Shown: positions 28,013-37,696 of the stretch, in pieces
Position numbering within the stretch: position 1 is the stretch's first letter
Layout: every line of letters begins with the position of its first letter
IMG/VR virus record: IMGVR_UViG_3300034170_000071
Coordinates: 1-61,244 of that record
Source: a virus
Lineage: Duplodnaviria > Caudoviricetes
DNA: 61,244 nucleotides
Strand: one strand, 5' to 3'
Made by a program: the position numbers and the translations under genes
Notes under the pieces: generated by a model
Databases searched by the model: none
Seen by the model: the letters and a program-made list of their open reading frames with translations, nothing else
Told to the model about the DNA's origin: nothing

Positions 28013-28597
28013 TTGACGGTGGCTTACACACGACGTAAACGCAGAACCAGTACGAAACAATCGCGTGCTAAAAAAGCCTACGATAAGGCAACAGCTGTCC
28101 CAGAATCATCGGTTAAAATGTCCCGTAGTGATATCACAGGCGCGCTTATGCAGGCGCTGACTTATTACTACGTGAAGAAAACCTGTTCCGTCCACAAAGA
28201 AGTGGGCGTGGTGCCGTGGGGCCGGTCGCGATTGGATGCATTGGTGATCGACTATCCCGGCAATTTCCATGGGATTGAAATCAAAAGCTGCCTAGCGGAT
28301 TTCCGCGCTGATAAGAAATGGCGCGATTATCTGCCACACGTGAACAAGATGTATTTTTTGTTTGCACCGTCAATTACCCAATCGCGTTGCTATCCGGAAA
28401 TTCGCGCAGAACTGAAAGCAGAGGGTGTGGGCATTCTGGTTCTGAGCGAAACAACCGGGCGCATATCCTGTAGCCAAAAGGCAAAGCATCGGCAGGTCGC
28501 AATCACCGCGAAATATCGCATGTACCGGAAACTTGCTTGGCTTGCCGGTGACGCGAAGCACACCATTACCAGAACGCAGCGGGTGTTTTTGAAATGA
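28013..28597 (+). CDS. MmcB-like PD-(D/E)xK nuclease
   Basis: EV....R.RLDAL....IEIKSC.ADFRADKKW.DYL....MYF. Confidence 0.8.
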   Translation: MTVAYTRRKRRTSTKQSRAKKAYDKATAVPESSVKMSRSDITGALMQALTYYYVKKTCSVHKEVGVVPWGRSRLDALVIDYPGNFHGIEIKSCLADFRADKKWRDYLPHVNKMYFLFAPSITQSRCYPEIRAELKAEGVGILVLSETTGRISCSQKAKHRQVAITAKYRMYRKLAWLAGDAKHTITRTQRVFLK

Positions 28598-29205
28598 CTG
28601 GGAAATTTATTGCACTGGAATCCATCGAAGCCGCAGGCAAAGGAACAGCCTCGATTTACGTTGGCGATCACGCAAAGAAACGCGGGTTGGAAATGATCTT
28701 TACCCGTGAACCGGGCGGCACTCCATTTGCCGAAGCGATCCGCGCCCTGATGCTTGATAACGAAGGGAAAATTCCCGCGTTGTGCCAGCCTTTCCTGTCG
28801 TATGCTTCCCGCATTCAACACACCGAACATTTGATTCGCCCAGCGTTGGAACGTGGCGCGCATGTTTTCAGTGAGCGCTATTACTGGTCGGCACTCGCCT
28901 ACCAAACGCGCACCTGTGATAAGACGTGGGCCATTCACGAAATGTGTGCTGATCATCTGATAAAACCGGATCTAACAATTCTGTTGGATTTGCCACCAGA
29001 AGTCAGCTTTCAACGTATGCACGAATCCCGCGTTGCAAAGGGAATCGCTCTCGATGAATTCGAGAAAAAACCTTTGTCTTATTTCGCTGAAGTGCGTGAG
29101 GCCTACCACAATCTGATAGACGATTCGTGGGTAGTGATCGACGCACAGCAGCCCCTTGAAGAAGTGCAGCGTCAAGTGTTGGCGCTGATCGACCGAACGG
29201 TATAA
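28594..29205 (+). CDS. tmk: thymidylate kinase
   Basis: FIALESIEAAGKGT, TREPGGTP..E.IR, ERY..S.LAYQ, PDLTILLDLPPEV. Confidence 0.9.
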   Translation: MTGKFIALESIEAAGKGTASIYVGDHAKKRGLEMIFTREPGGTPFAEAIRALMLDNEGKIPALCQPFLSYASRIQHTEHLIRPALERGAHVFSERYYWSALAYQTRTCDKTWAIHEMCADHLIKPDLTILLDLPPEVSFQRMHESRVAKGIALDEFEKKPLSYFAEVREAYHNLIDDSWVVIDAQQPLEEVQRQVLALIDRTV

Positions 29206-29207
29206 AA

Positions 29208-29633
29208 ATGAAAATGATGCTCGCACTGGCGGCCAGCGCTAAGAAGTATTTGCCGGGCGGCCTGATGATTCGACTGGCCCGGAACTATCCGGATTTGCGG
29301 GACTTGGGCAACCGATTACTGCGCCTGCCAATTATCCCACGCGGCAATTTCGTTCCGAAGCTGCCAAAGTTTGATAACGATTTGATTGTGTACGCACAGC
29401 AGAATAAATTCGCGCTGTACTACGGTTATCGGATCTACAAAACCGAAGACAACAAAGACCAACTGGAACCGCTGCTGATGTGCGTAGACGATAAGGGCCG
29501 CGTAGTTGAGCCCGAAAAGAATCGTCTGGATAGCACGTTTTATTATGTGGGTATTCGCATTCCCGCAGACGATATCCAAAGCCGTCGCTACGCCAATAAA
29601 TTTAACCGAATGGATTATCTGAAGGACCACTGA
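29208..29633 (+). CDS. hypothetical protein with N-terminal tag MKMMLALAA
   Basis: 141-aa ORF carrying the shared N-terminal motif. Confidence 0.8.
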   Translation: MKMMLALAASAKKYLPGGLMIRLARNYPDLRDLGNRLLRLPIIPRGNFVPKLPKFDNDLIVYAQQNKFALYYGYRIYKTEDNKDQLEPLLMCVDDKGRVVEPEKNRLDSTFYYVGIRIPADDIQSRRYANKFNRMDYLKDH

Positions 29634-31702
29634 TGGAAATGTCGATTGCTGTGAGTGTGTCCGATGATCCGCGCAAGTGGGAACTAAAAAATAAACACCG
29701 AGCTAATCGTCGCAATAAGCCTACTCACACCGTCAAGCATGGGGCCTACGTTCTGGAATGGTTCGACGGCAAGGGCGCGGATGATTTAGCAGGCCAGATT
29801 TTCGCGATTGATTCCGCGTCGGATGAGGTTGTGGGCGATGCGATGGGATTCATCGACGGTACGAAGTTGGTAGGCACCATCGAAGTGCGTAAAGACTTCC
29901 GTCGTAAAGGTCTAGCGACCCTGATGTATGACCAAATCGAAAAAGAAAGCGGTATGCGTTTTCGACCCGATGACTCTCACACAAAAGACGCTGCCGCATT
30001 CTGGAAAAATCGTATGAAAATTGATATTGCTACGGCTGCGTCAATCGCGCCACCGGGTGCAGCGGATGCTTTCATTAAGCTGCTGATTGCGATCTACAAG
30101 GCGAACGAATTCGACTACGGCACGAATTTCCAAGTCAAACTGAAGAAATGGAACGAAGAGGCTCAACCGTTCCTAGACCAGTACGCAATCAAGCGCACCT
30201 TTACCAAAACGCTGACAATGCTGGTCAACGGTGACGATGTATCGGATGAGAAATATTCGATTATTGTTGCAGGCTGCTTTGATTCCCTCAAGAAGAAAAA
30301 GAAAGCATTCGACAAAGACAAAGGATTATCCAAGTTGCAATTGGGTTTCCTGAATGACGTGCGTCTGGCCTACAAAGGATCGGAAGGCGCGGGCAAGCGC
30401 ATTATGCAGAACGTGGGATACTTCAAAGACTCCCATATCAGCAAGATGTTTTTACATGAAGAATCACAAGTGAATACTTCGGCACAAACTACGCTGTACG
30501 ATCGGTTAGAGCAGCACGTGAAAACCCACGGCAAAGTCAGTGGTCACGTAATGCCGAATACCACGCTTGAGAAATGGCGTGATAAGGCTAAGGAAGTCGG
30601 CGGTAATCTGACCGAACACCAAGACTATTTGGACATGCGCCGCCAGCGTAAAGCCATGGCAGACAAAGCGATTGCAAACATCGTCCGGGCCTCTGGTGAA
30701 CACATTGTGGACGTGGATGTAATCCGCGAACAAATGAACGGAATCCAGCACGATATTCCTGATTGGTTTGTCGGTAAGATCGACGACAAAGGGAATTACT
30801 TCACGACTGACGGATTGCAGCTGCTGAATAAACCGATTGGCGAAGGCCACATGAACCCGAATTACAAAGCGGGATCGACGGTTTATTATTGCCAGTACAA
30901 GGCGCCCTTTGCCGCCAACATGTCGAACGTGTACACGATTGCAGCGCGTACCGAAGGCCGTGTGCAGTCTTTCAACGTCGTGCAAAACATGCTGCCGGAC
31001 GTAACGAAGTATGTGAAAAAATGGCTGCCTGATTTGGCTAAGGGACCGGGCTCGTTGCGTGGCGTTGCTGCTGCTGTTTGTGAAACGATTTATCAGACAA
31101 GTGCGCGTATTGGTTCGACCCGTGGTAATACCGCTGGCGTCACCACCTACGGCATTTCTACACTGCTGCGCAAGCATGCCCTGTTTAACGATCAGCGCGT
31201 AATTTTTAAGTACGACGGGAAGAAAGGCGGTGCCCAAAAGCACGTGATCAAATTCGATGAACAGCGGACACAAATGCTACACGCTGCACTCGATGAATTC
31301 CTGTTTGAAAAGAAACCTACGGAATACATTTTCACTTTCCGTGGCAAACCGCTGTCGAACTCACAAGTGAACGGTTATCTACGCGACCTCGGATTTCCTG
31401 AAGGTTTCAGCATCCACAAATTCCGGAAACTTCGCGGTACAGCAATGGCGAAAGTGCTAATGGATAAATGTCCGTTTGGTGCCCGCGCCCGTGATGCAGA
31501 CGTTAACAAATGGATCGAGAAACAGTGCCTGACTATCGGTAAGGAACTCGGCCACATGGCAGGTACGGAAGTGACGGCCACTACGGCAATCGCGAACTAT
31601 ATCGACCCGTCTGTTTTCCTGCCGGTTTATGAGAAAACGAATACGCGCCCAAACTCCAAAATCCAAAAGGCGATTGACCTCGCCACGAAGAGTGCAGAAT
31701 AA
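29633..31702 (+). CDS. GNAT domain fused to type IB DNA topoisomerase
   Basis: GNAT IEVRKDFRRKGLATLMY; topo IB SARIG, TYGISTL..KH, F.YDGKKG, VNGYL, HKFRKLRGT, LGH, NYIDP. Confidence 0.88.
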   Translation: MEMSIAVSVSDDPRKWELKNKHRANRRNKPTHTVKHGAYVLEWFDGKGADDLAGQIFAIDSASDEVVGDAMGFIDGTKLVGTIEVRKDFRRKGLATLMYDQIEKESGMRFRPDDSHTKDAAAFWKNRMKIDIATAASIAPPGAADAFIKLLIAIYKANEFDYGTNFQVKLKKWNEEAQPFLDQYAIKRTFTKTLTMLVNGDDVSDEKYSIIVAGCFDSLKKKKKAFDKDKGLSKLQLGFLNDVRLAYKGSEGAGKRIMQNVGYFKDSHISKMFLHEESQVNTSAQTTLYDRLEQHVKTHGKVSGHVMPNTTLEKWRDKAKEVGGNLTEHQDYLDMRRQRKAMADKAIANIVRASGEHIVDVDVIREQMNGIQHDIPDWFVGKIDDKGNYFTTDGLQLLNKPIGEGHMNPNYKAGSTVYYCQYKAPFAANMSNVYTIAARTEGRVQSFNVVQNMLPDVTKYVKKWLPDLAKGPGSLRGVAAAVCETIYQTSARIGSTRGNTAGVTTYGISTLLRKHALFNDQRVIFKYDGKKGGAQKHVIKFDEQRTQMLHAALDEFLFEKKPTEYIFTFRGKPLSNSQVNGYLRDLGFPEGFSIHKFRKLRGTAMAKVLMDKCPFGARARDADVNKWIEKQCLTIGKELGHMAGTEVTATTAIANYIDPSVFLPVYEKTNTRPNSKIQKAIDLATKSAE

Positions 31703-32080
31703 ATGGAAATGCTACTGACCGTAACACCTACCAATACCAAGCTCGACAAAAGCAATTTGATTCCGACCGGGATGAAAATCCAAGCCTTTTCGATCCACGA
31801 TCAGTACACGGATAAATACCTCGGCGCCGGTTCGCATTCCCCGTGCAGTGCTGCTGTTGCGCTGAAGAAAATCAAAGAATATACGTCGAAACTCGGCGCG
31901 GTGAACGTGATGTTTGACCTGCTGGATAATGACGGTCGTGTGATTCGTTCGAAACGTTCTTACCGCATAAGAGGCGGTGATTTGGTCCAACCGTATCCGG
32001 GTGCCGATAGCATCCTGAAAGATATCATGACGCCCACACCGAAGCCGACCAATCAGGCGAAAGCAATCCGGAACATTTAA
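31703..32080 (+). CDS. hypothetical protein (variant tag MEMLLTVT)
   Basis: Abuts the previous stop (TAAATG). Confidence 0.75.
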   Translation: MEMLLTVTPTNTKLDKSNLIPTGMKIQAFSIHDQYTDKYLGAGSHSPCSAAVALKKIKEYTSKLGAVNVMFDLLDNDGRVIRSKRSYRIRGGDLVQPYPGADSILKDIMTPTPKPTNQAKAIRNI

Positions 32081-32081
32081 A

Positions 32082-32474
32082 ATGGCCTTGGCAACTCTCG
32101 AAGAATGTTTTCCATCGTGGGAAGAAATAATGGGATCATATGTTGCGGGTTCGATTGGTCCGGGGTATGTGCCGGATGTAAAAGCGTTGCAACGGCTGGA
32201 ATCGTATCCAGTAACAATAATTGTCGATGATTTGATTGATTTCGGATTTCATCCGTCAATAATTGAAAGTTTGCGCCAATACCAAACGGTCGTTTCGAAT
32301 GCGCAGGTTCGTGCGTGGCTCGAACGCGGTATTCCAGATATCGGCCCCACTGGCTGCCCGAAAGGCCCGGAAGGCCCTGAAGGTCCACGTGGTGTGGTGT
32401 CGGCTAAGGGGGAGTTGCCATGGTACGTCGAGCATCTGATGCGACAACAGCGGCGACAACAACGGATGACCTAA
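32082..32474 (+). CDS. hypothetical protein with short Gly-Pro-x run
   Basis: GPTGCPKGPEGPEGPRG. Confidence 0.6.
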   Translation: MALATLEECFPSWEEIMGSYVAGSIGPGYVPDVKALQRLESYPVTIIVDDLIDFGFHPSIIESLRQYQTVVSNAQVRAWLERGIPDIGPTGCPKGPEGPEGPRGVVSAKGELPWYVEHLMRQQRRQQRMT

Positions 32475-32517
32475 ACGAAAAGGATTTCCACCATATTTTA
32501 ACGGAAACTCCAGACCC

Positions 32518-33249
32518 ATGAAAGTTAACGGCAATATCACACTTTCCGAAGGTGGCGTAGTTAATAATCTCACGCTACCACGCGGCACAGCATTTCCGGC
32601 CAACGCAAACGTCGGTGAGAAATTTCGACTGACAACTGCAATCGACGCCAACACACCCGCTGGTGAATACTCCCACGATGGTACTAGCTGGCACAATCAG
32701 CCTACATTGGAAGAGGTAAAAACACTGGTTTCAAACGCAGGCGGTGCAGTTGCGTATTACCGGATAATCGGGGAAGCACGCACCGGTTTTGGTACACAGG
32801 CCGCAGGGCATTACATTTTCACAAACGCTGGTGCTAACGCGCTCACGGCAGGCACAGGTATTGTCAACTTTTCCGCGAGTATTACCGTCCCTTTCCTTTG
32901 GATTGACCCTGCGGATTATCCTGTTGGTACAAAATTCCGACTTCGTGCGCAAATATACTCAAACATTGCGACCGTTTCGGACTTCGTAATCAGCCTGCGT
33001 AAAGTGACCCGTACCGCTGCGTCACAGAGTAACGGGTCTTCGCTTTCGTTCACCGTTGATTTGACCAACCAGATTGGCCCAGTTTCCTTTACTGGTGGGC
33101 AGGCGTCCGGTGTGATTCGTACCGGTGTATCTGCGGACTTCACAATGCCAGCGACCGCTGATTTGTACTGTCTTGCGTTTGTGCAGACCAATACCATGAC
33201 CGCCAACTCCGCATGCTTGATAGAGGCTCAAATTCAAGCGAAATATTAA
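32518..33249 (+). CDS. putative virion fibre/decoration protein
   Basis: GTAFPANANVGE.F...Y..DGTSW module; Gly/Thr/Ala-rich beta C-terminal domain. Confidence 0.6.
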   Translation: MKVNGNITLSEGGVVNNLTLPRGTAFPANANVGEKFRLTTAIDANTPAGEYSHDGTSWHNQPTLEEVKTLVSNAGGAVAYYRIIGEARTGFGTQAAGHYIFTNAGANALTAGTGIVNFSASITVPFLWIDPADYPVGTKFRLRAQIYSNIATVSDFVISLRKVTRTAASQSNGSSLSFTVDLTNQIGPVSFTGGQASGVIRTGVSADFTMPATADLYCLAFVQTNTMTANSACLIEAQIQAKY

Positions 33250-33259
33250 GGTGAAAAAT

Positions 33260-33637
33260 ATGGAAGTTAGTATCGCACTGGGCGCCAATCGCCGCGAGCG
33301 TGATTACCTTTTCGGACGGCTGGCAGAACGTGGCTTCGTCGTTAGCAATCAAGAACGCCGCAAAAATGGCAGTGTCAAAATGAGCAAGGAATATTCCGAT
33401 GCTGCTACCGGTGAATTCCGCGCCCGTGTGAACCTGACGGCCATCGGCCTCAACGGTGGCGACAACGCCTTCGAATACAGCCTGTACGTGGAAACCCACG
33501 CACATGATTCCGTTACCGGCGAAAGCGTGGCGGAAGGCAATTCCATGGAAATGGCAACCCAGCAACAATACCGCATGGAAAAATTCGTGCTTTTTATTGA
33601 TTCTGCGCTGATGGCCCCGGCCTGTGTGGTGAAGTAA
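33260..33637 (+). CDS. hypothetical protein with tag MEVSIALGA
   Basis: AAGGTG RBS before ATG 33260. Confidence 0.75.
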   Translation: MEVSIALGANRRERDYLFGRLAERGFVVSNQERRKNGSVKMSKEYSDAATGEFRARVNLTAIGLNGGDNAFEYSLYVETHAHDSVTGESVAEGNSMEMATQQQYRMEKFVLFIDSALMAPACVVK

Positions 33638-33969
33638 TGGAAATCATGCTCGCCCTTGCGGCCACCGAAAAACCCGAAGCTCCAAACCTCACGAAAACCA
33701 CAATCAATTACGCGACCAAACGCGGATTCGATTTGACGGTCGAGGAAATGAAAGACCAGACCCAACTTTGGATTTGGGATACCAACGAAGACAGCGAGCC
33801 GTTTTGCATTTACAGCGGTATGCCTGACGGTTGGCACTTTCACGGAAATGTTTATCTGAAAAAGGCGATTGTTTCACAACTGCCCAAGATGATTGCTGAC
33901 GACAAAGCTCTGCGCAAAGTCCTCGACTTCCTAAAGACGAACGTTCTCGACAAACGGAAACCTAAATGA
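33637..33969 (+). CDS. hypothetical protein with tag MEIMLALAA
   Basis: TAATG-coupled. Confidence 0.8.
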   Translation: MEIMLALAATEKPEAPNLTKTTINYATKRGFDLTVEEMKDQTQLWIWDTNEDSEPFCIYSGMPDGWHFHGNVYLKKAIVSQLPKMIADDKALRKVLDFLKTNVLDKRKPK

Positions 33970-34142
33970 TCCGGGCATTCAACGTAGACGACCTGCACAA
34001 ACAGTACGCGAATGAAACGCCAGAACAGAAGGCCGTTCGCTGTGCAGAAAACAAAGAACGCACCGAACGCTTTCTGAATCGCTGGAAAGCATTCGAGGCC
34101 AAATATCCGGAACACGCAAAAGACATGGTGTGCCACGCATGA
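33966..34142 (+). CDS. 58-aa hypothetical protein (below ORF-track cutoff)
   Basis: MIRAFNVDDLHKQY...DMVCHA; ATGA overlaps at both ends. Confidence 0.65.
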   Translation: MIRAFNVDDLHKQYANETPEQKAVRCAENKERTERFLNRWKAFEAKYPEHAKDMVCHA

Positions 34143-34570
34143 AAATGGAACTCGCAACAGCAGCCGAACCCACTTCGCTGCCAAGCCGTTACGCCATTGG
34201 CGAACCGGTTTACTTTCACCCGGCAATCCACGATTTCACGCCGGACCAAGTACAGCAACACGCACTGAAAGCCAAAATCATGGCGGTGCGTTTCACGAAA
34301 TCGAAAGTGCTTTACGAACTGGCACTGGATACTGCGCTTGATCCGGGGCCTGCCGAGTATTACGAAGCAATTCCGCTGGCCGATGTGGATTCGTATTTCG
34401 TCCTCAACGCAGCAGATGCAATGGATGGCGACCGCCTGTTGGCCGACGTTTCCTACATGGCGACTGGTTCCAACCAATCCCGCACGCCTCAAGAAATTCG
34501 TCAGTTTGCACAATACTTTTTGGCGGTCGCTTCTGACCTTCCTGAACTACGGAAAGAACAGGGTAAATAA
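34139..34570 (+). CDS. hypothetical protein with tag MKMELATAA
   Basis: ATGA-coupled start; LPSRYAIGE.V.F...AV.FT.SKV.Y.L (SH3-like). Confidence 0.75.
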   Translation: MKMELATAAEPTSLPSRYAIGEPVYFHPAIHDFTPDQVQQHALKAKIMAVRFTKSKVLYELALDTALDPGPAEYYEAIPLADVDSYFVLNAADAMDGDRLLADVSYMATGSNQSRTPQEIRQFAQYFLAVASDLPELRKEQGK

Positions 34571-34572
34571 AC

Positions 34573-34875
34573 ATGGCAAAGTCCCATTGGTTTCACGCTA
34601 AAGCCTCCAACGCTAAAAAGAAATACCTAAAGAAACATCCGGGTTCGATTTATGCTGGTGCCCGTGCTGGTGCAACCAATGGGAACGGCGCTGCTGCATA
34701 CCGCGCACAGGTTGAACACATGCGTGCGGAAATCCTACAGATTAAAAAGCAACTTCAAGAAACTCACGAATCCGACTCTGCACATGACGGGTTGATGCGC
34801 CGGTTGATGGCTCTGCAAAGAAAGCTCACGATGTTTAAACGGGCTGCCATGGCGACCGCACGTTCGAGGAAATAA
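34573..34875 (+). CDS. small basic protein
   Basis: WF......KKKYLKKHPGSIYA followed by a coiled coil. Confidence 0.75.
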   Translation: MAKSHWFHAKASNAKKKYLKKHPGSIYAGARAGATNGNGAAAYRAQVEHMRAEILQIKKQLQETHESDSAHDGLMRRLMALQRKLTMFKRAAMATARSRK

Positions 34876-34876
34876 A

Positions 34877-35788
34877 ATGAAAATGTTCGTAGCCCTTGCC
34901 AAGGATTTTGGCAGTGTATTTCACGGCACATCGCTAATCAATGCTGGTGCGATTTTCAGCAGTGACAAACTCCAGCTGTCGCAAGTTGCAGGCAAAGAAG
35001 CGGAAGCACAATTCGCTAAGCAGCCTTTCTTTTTGAGCGTCCGGCGTAACCGCCTGCTGGCCTCTCAAAACTTCTACGACGTAACGCTGGAATTCAAAGA
35101 GCAGCTGTTGCAATCCAAGATGAAACGGGAATCCGTGGACTACTGGGGCGCAACCGACAAGGGCACCAGCATCGAACAGGAAGACCGATATTATTTCGCG
35201 AAAGCTAACCTGCCGAAAGCTACAAAATACATTCGCGCAATTCACATTGATTTGTCCAACTATGACCCGGCCCGTCGTGGCAAGCTCATGCGCGAACTGA
35301 TCATGTCTGCAAAACGCCTCGGTATCAAAGTTTATTTGTACCGCGACAAGAAAGCCTACGGCATGTTGAATACCCGTAAAACCGTTGCGTTATCGACGAT
35401 GGAATACGGCGGTAAATCGGTGAATCTTTTCCGCACTCGCACGCCGGAAGAGGCTGAGCAGGAAAGCGAAGACCAGAAGTACAAAGGCATGCGCGCTAAA
35501 CGCGATATGTACCGCGACATTAAATTCTTCGTGGATATCCTGTACGGCAATACCCCACCGGTTAATGACAAAACCAAGTACCTGCGCGAACGCTACGGCT
35601 ACGTGTACGGCGAATACGATTTGGTATCGCAATTCAAAGTGGAAATTCACAATTCGTCGAATAGTCAGGCGCCGAAAGATAAGCAGATGGCCGCCCGGAT
35701 TCAGGCGTGGATGCGCGACAACAAAATGGACCTCAAAGAAACGGCTTATCGCATCCGTGAAAACATCCGCAAGGCAGACGGTGAGTAA
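34877..35788 (+). CDS. putative ADP-ribosyltransferase-fold protein with tag MKMFVALA
   Basis: VFHGTS...FFLSVRR...VDYW...EQEDR, the H/S/ExE order of ART folds; function tentative. Confidence 0.5.
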   Translation: MKMFVALAKDFGSVFHGTSLINAGAIFSSDKLQLSQVAGKEAEAQFAKQPFFLSVRRNRLLASQNFYDVTLEFKEQLLQSKMKRESVDYWGATDKGTSIEQEDRYYFAKANLPKATKYIRAIHIDLSNYDPARRGKLMRELIMSAKRLGIKVYLYRDKKAYGMLNTRKTVALSTMEYGGKSVNLFRTRTPEEAEQESEDQKYKGMRAKRDMYRDIKFFVDILYGNTPPVNDKTKYLRERYGYVYGEYDLVSQFKVEIHNSSNSQAPKDKQMAARIQAWMRDNKMDLKETAYRIRENIRKADGE

Positions 35789-37696
35789 ATGGAAATTCAA
35801 ATAGCATTAGCCGCAGTAAAGCTGGGCATTGCACGGCCCCTCGTTAAGGGCTGGAATAAAAACGGCTTGGGTGCGCAGGTAATCAAACGCTTCCTGCCGA
35901 AGAACAAGAAACAAAAGAAAAATGCGTACCGTATTTATCTGCCGATCAAACCCACTAAGCAAGTGATCAAGGTTCCAAAACCGATCCTGCATGCGTTGTC
36001 GGCCAAGGGTTACGCGGTAGATGATTACGTGACCGGCATTGCAGTCGATCAGACGGGCAAACGCCGGATGCGAATCGGCAAGCTGTTGAAAGATGCAGCA
36101 TTGCTCAAAGAATTCATGAACGATCCGCAATGCGCCGCACACAAAGATGAATTTACGTGCGTTATTTCCTGCCATCCGTATGACGTGTTGGCAATGAGTA
36201 CCGGGCGCCGTTGGGACGCAACCAGCTGTATGCGTCTCGATCAACCGGGCGTAGCACGTGGTGGTGTTAATCAGGCGATTGTTAAAAACGATATTGCGGA
36301 AGGCACATTGGTTGCCTACGCGATTTCCCCGCATGACCAGAATATCAATAAGCCTCATGCGCGCCTGTTGATTAAACCTTTTGTCGGCCCGAACGGCGGC
36401 ATTCTTTTCCGTGTCGAAACTTCGATTTACGGCACGCCTATTCCGGGTTTCCGCGAAACGATTTCTAAGTGGTTGCGCAAAGTGAATCAGGGTGCATCCG
36501 CTGGCCTGTACCATTTGGTCGGTGGCCTGTATGACGACGGTGTGGGCAATATTTTCGCACACGCTGACTATGATTCGACCGTGGATAAAATTGCAGCGTT
36601 GCGCAGTTTCAAAGCGAAAACCGATAGCTCTGTGCGCGCCCTTTATGACTTGCTGCTAAGTGATAAACGCTGGCTTGCGGACTGGCTCAAGTACGCCATT
36701 GAAATCTACCACAATGACGAAATGGAAGCGGCTTATCAGGTAAGCACTTTCTACGGAACCATGCGCAAAACCGGCGACATGAAAGCTCGTATTACAGCTT
36801 CGGCATTTGGTAAAGCGCTAGACGATCATTTGGACGAAGAGCTATTCCTTAGCTTGTCTGAAATGCTGGCGCCGTTGGAATGGCGTGCTGAATTGGTTAA
36901 GGCCAGTAAAAAGCTCGCAGATTATGCAGAACAGCTTTACGATTTCAAACACTTCGACGGTGAACCGCAAGCGCCTGAATTTATCCTGAATAACGTCGCT
37001 TATTACGATTCGCGCTGGCTCGCCACAATGGATGGCCCAATCGAACCGGCCAAAGTGGCTTCGGCTTGGCGTGGGTTTCTGGCAGGCATGTACAAGTGGA
37101 CTCCGGAACTCGCTAAATCGACCATGCCGGGTTCTGTACAGCTGCGCGAACAGGTTGGTTTCTTGTGTGCCATGCTTTCCGTAGCAGACCAGAAAACCCT
37201 GCGCGTGAACCGCGATACGCTCGCTAAACTGATGAAGAAATTCCCGGTTGACTATTACTACACGGAAGCGATGGATAAATTCCTGCGTGACGTGCGGTAC
37301 ACCGGTATTTTCAAACGCTATGTTAGCCAGCCAGCGGAAAGCCTGCTGTGTGCCCTCGATAAATCGTGGCCTGCACAGAATCCAGAATTGATTTCGTTTA
37401 GTGACATTTCGATTTTCCGGAAAGGCATTTTCGAAAACCTGATGAAAGCCAACGTGGCCGACCTCGACACAGCGCTTTTCATTAAGCTGCGTGATGTGAG
37501 CCACCGCATGAGCCTAAGCGCCAGTGAATGGAAAAACCGATACCCGTGGACACTGCCGCTGATCAACAAGATCGCACGCGGGCCGGGTGATGATCGCACC
37601 ATGAACTGGGCCAAAACATTCTTGGAAGAAATCCGTAAATCGGAAGCCGACCTAGACGACATTTTCAAAGAACTCGACGGGTGGGATAAGAACTAA
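35789..37696 (+). CDS. modular paralog A (tag MEIQIALAA, conserved ~250-aa N domain, unique C domain)
   Basis: ISCHPYDV..MSTGR.WD..SCMR, EGTLVAY, ET..YG.P.PG, LYDDG. Confidence 0.85.
   Translation: MEIQIALAAVKLGIARPLVKGWNKNGLGAQVIKRFLPKNKKQKKNAYRIYLPIKPTKQVIKVPKPILHALSAKGYAVDDYVTGIAVDQTGKRRMRIGKLLKDAALLKEFMNDPQCAAHKDEFTCVISCHPYDVLAMSTGRRWDATSCMRLDQPGVARGGVNQAIVKNDIAEGTLVAYAISPHDQNINKPHARLLIKPFVGPNGGILFRVETSIYGTPIPGFRETISKWLRKVNQGASAGLYHLVGGLYDDGVGNIFAHADYDSTVDKIAALRSFKAKTDSSVRALYDLLLSDKRWLADWLKYAIEIYHNDEMEAAYQVSTFYGTMRKTGDMKARITASAFGKALDDHLDEELFLSLSEMLAPLEWRAELVKASKKLADYAEQLYDFKHFDGEPQAPEFILNNVAYYDSRWLATMDGPIEPAKVASAWRGFLAGMYKWTPELAKSTMPGSVQLREQVGFLCAMLSVADQKTLRVNRDTLAKLMKKFPVDYYYTEAMDKFLRDVRYTGIFKRYVSQPAESLLCALDKSWPAQNPELISFSDISIFRKGIFENLMKANVADLDTALFIKLRDVSHRMSLSASEWKNRYPWTLPLINKIARGPGDDRTMNWAKTFLEEIRKSEADLDDIFKELDGWDKN

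Noticed and set aside
32340-32395. Collagen-like fibre
   Set aside because: Only about five interrupted Gly-x-y triplets, too short for a triple helix
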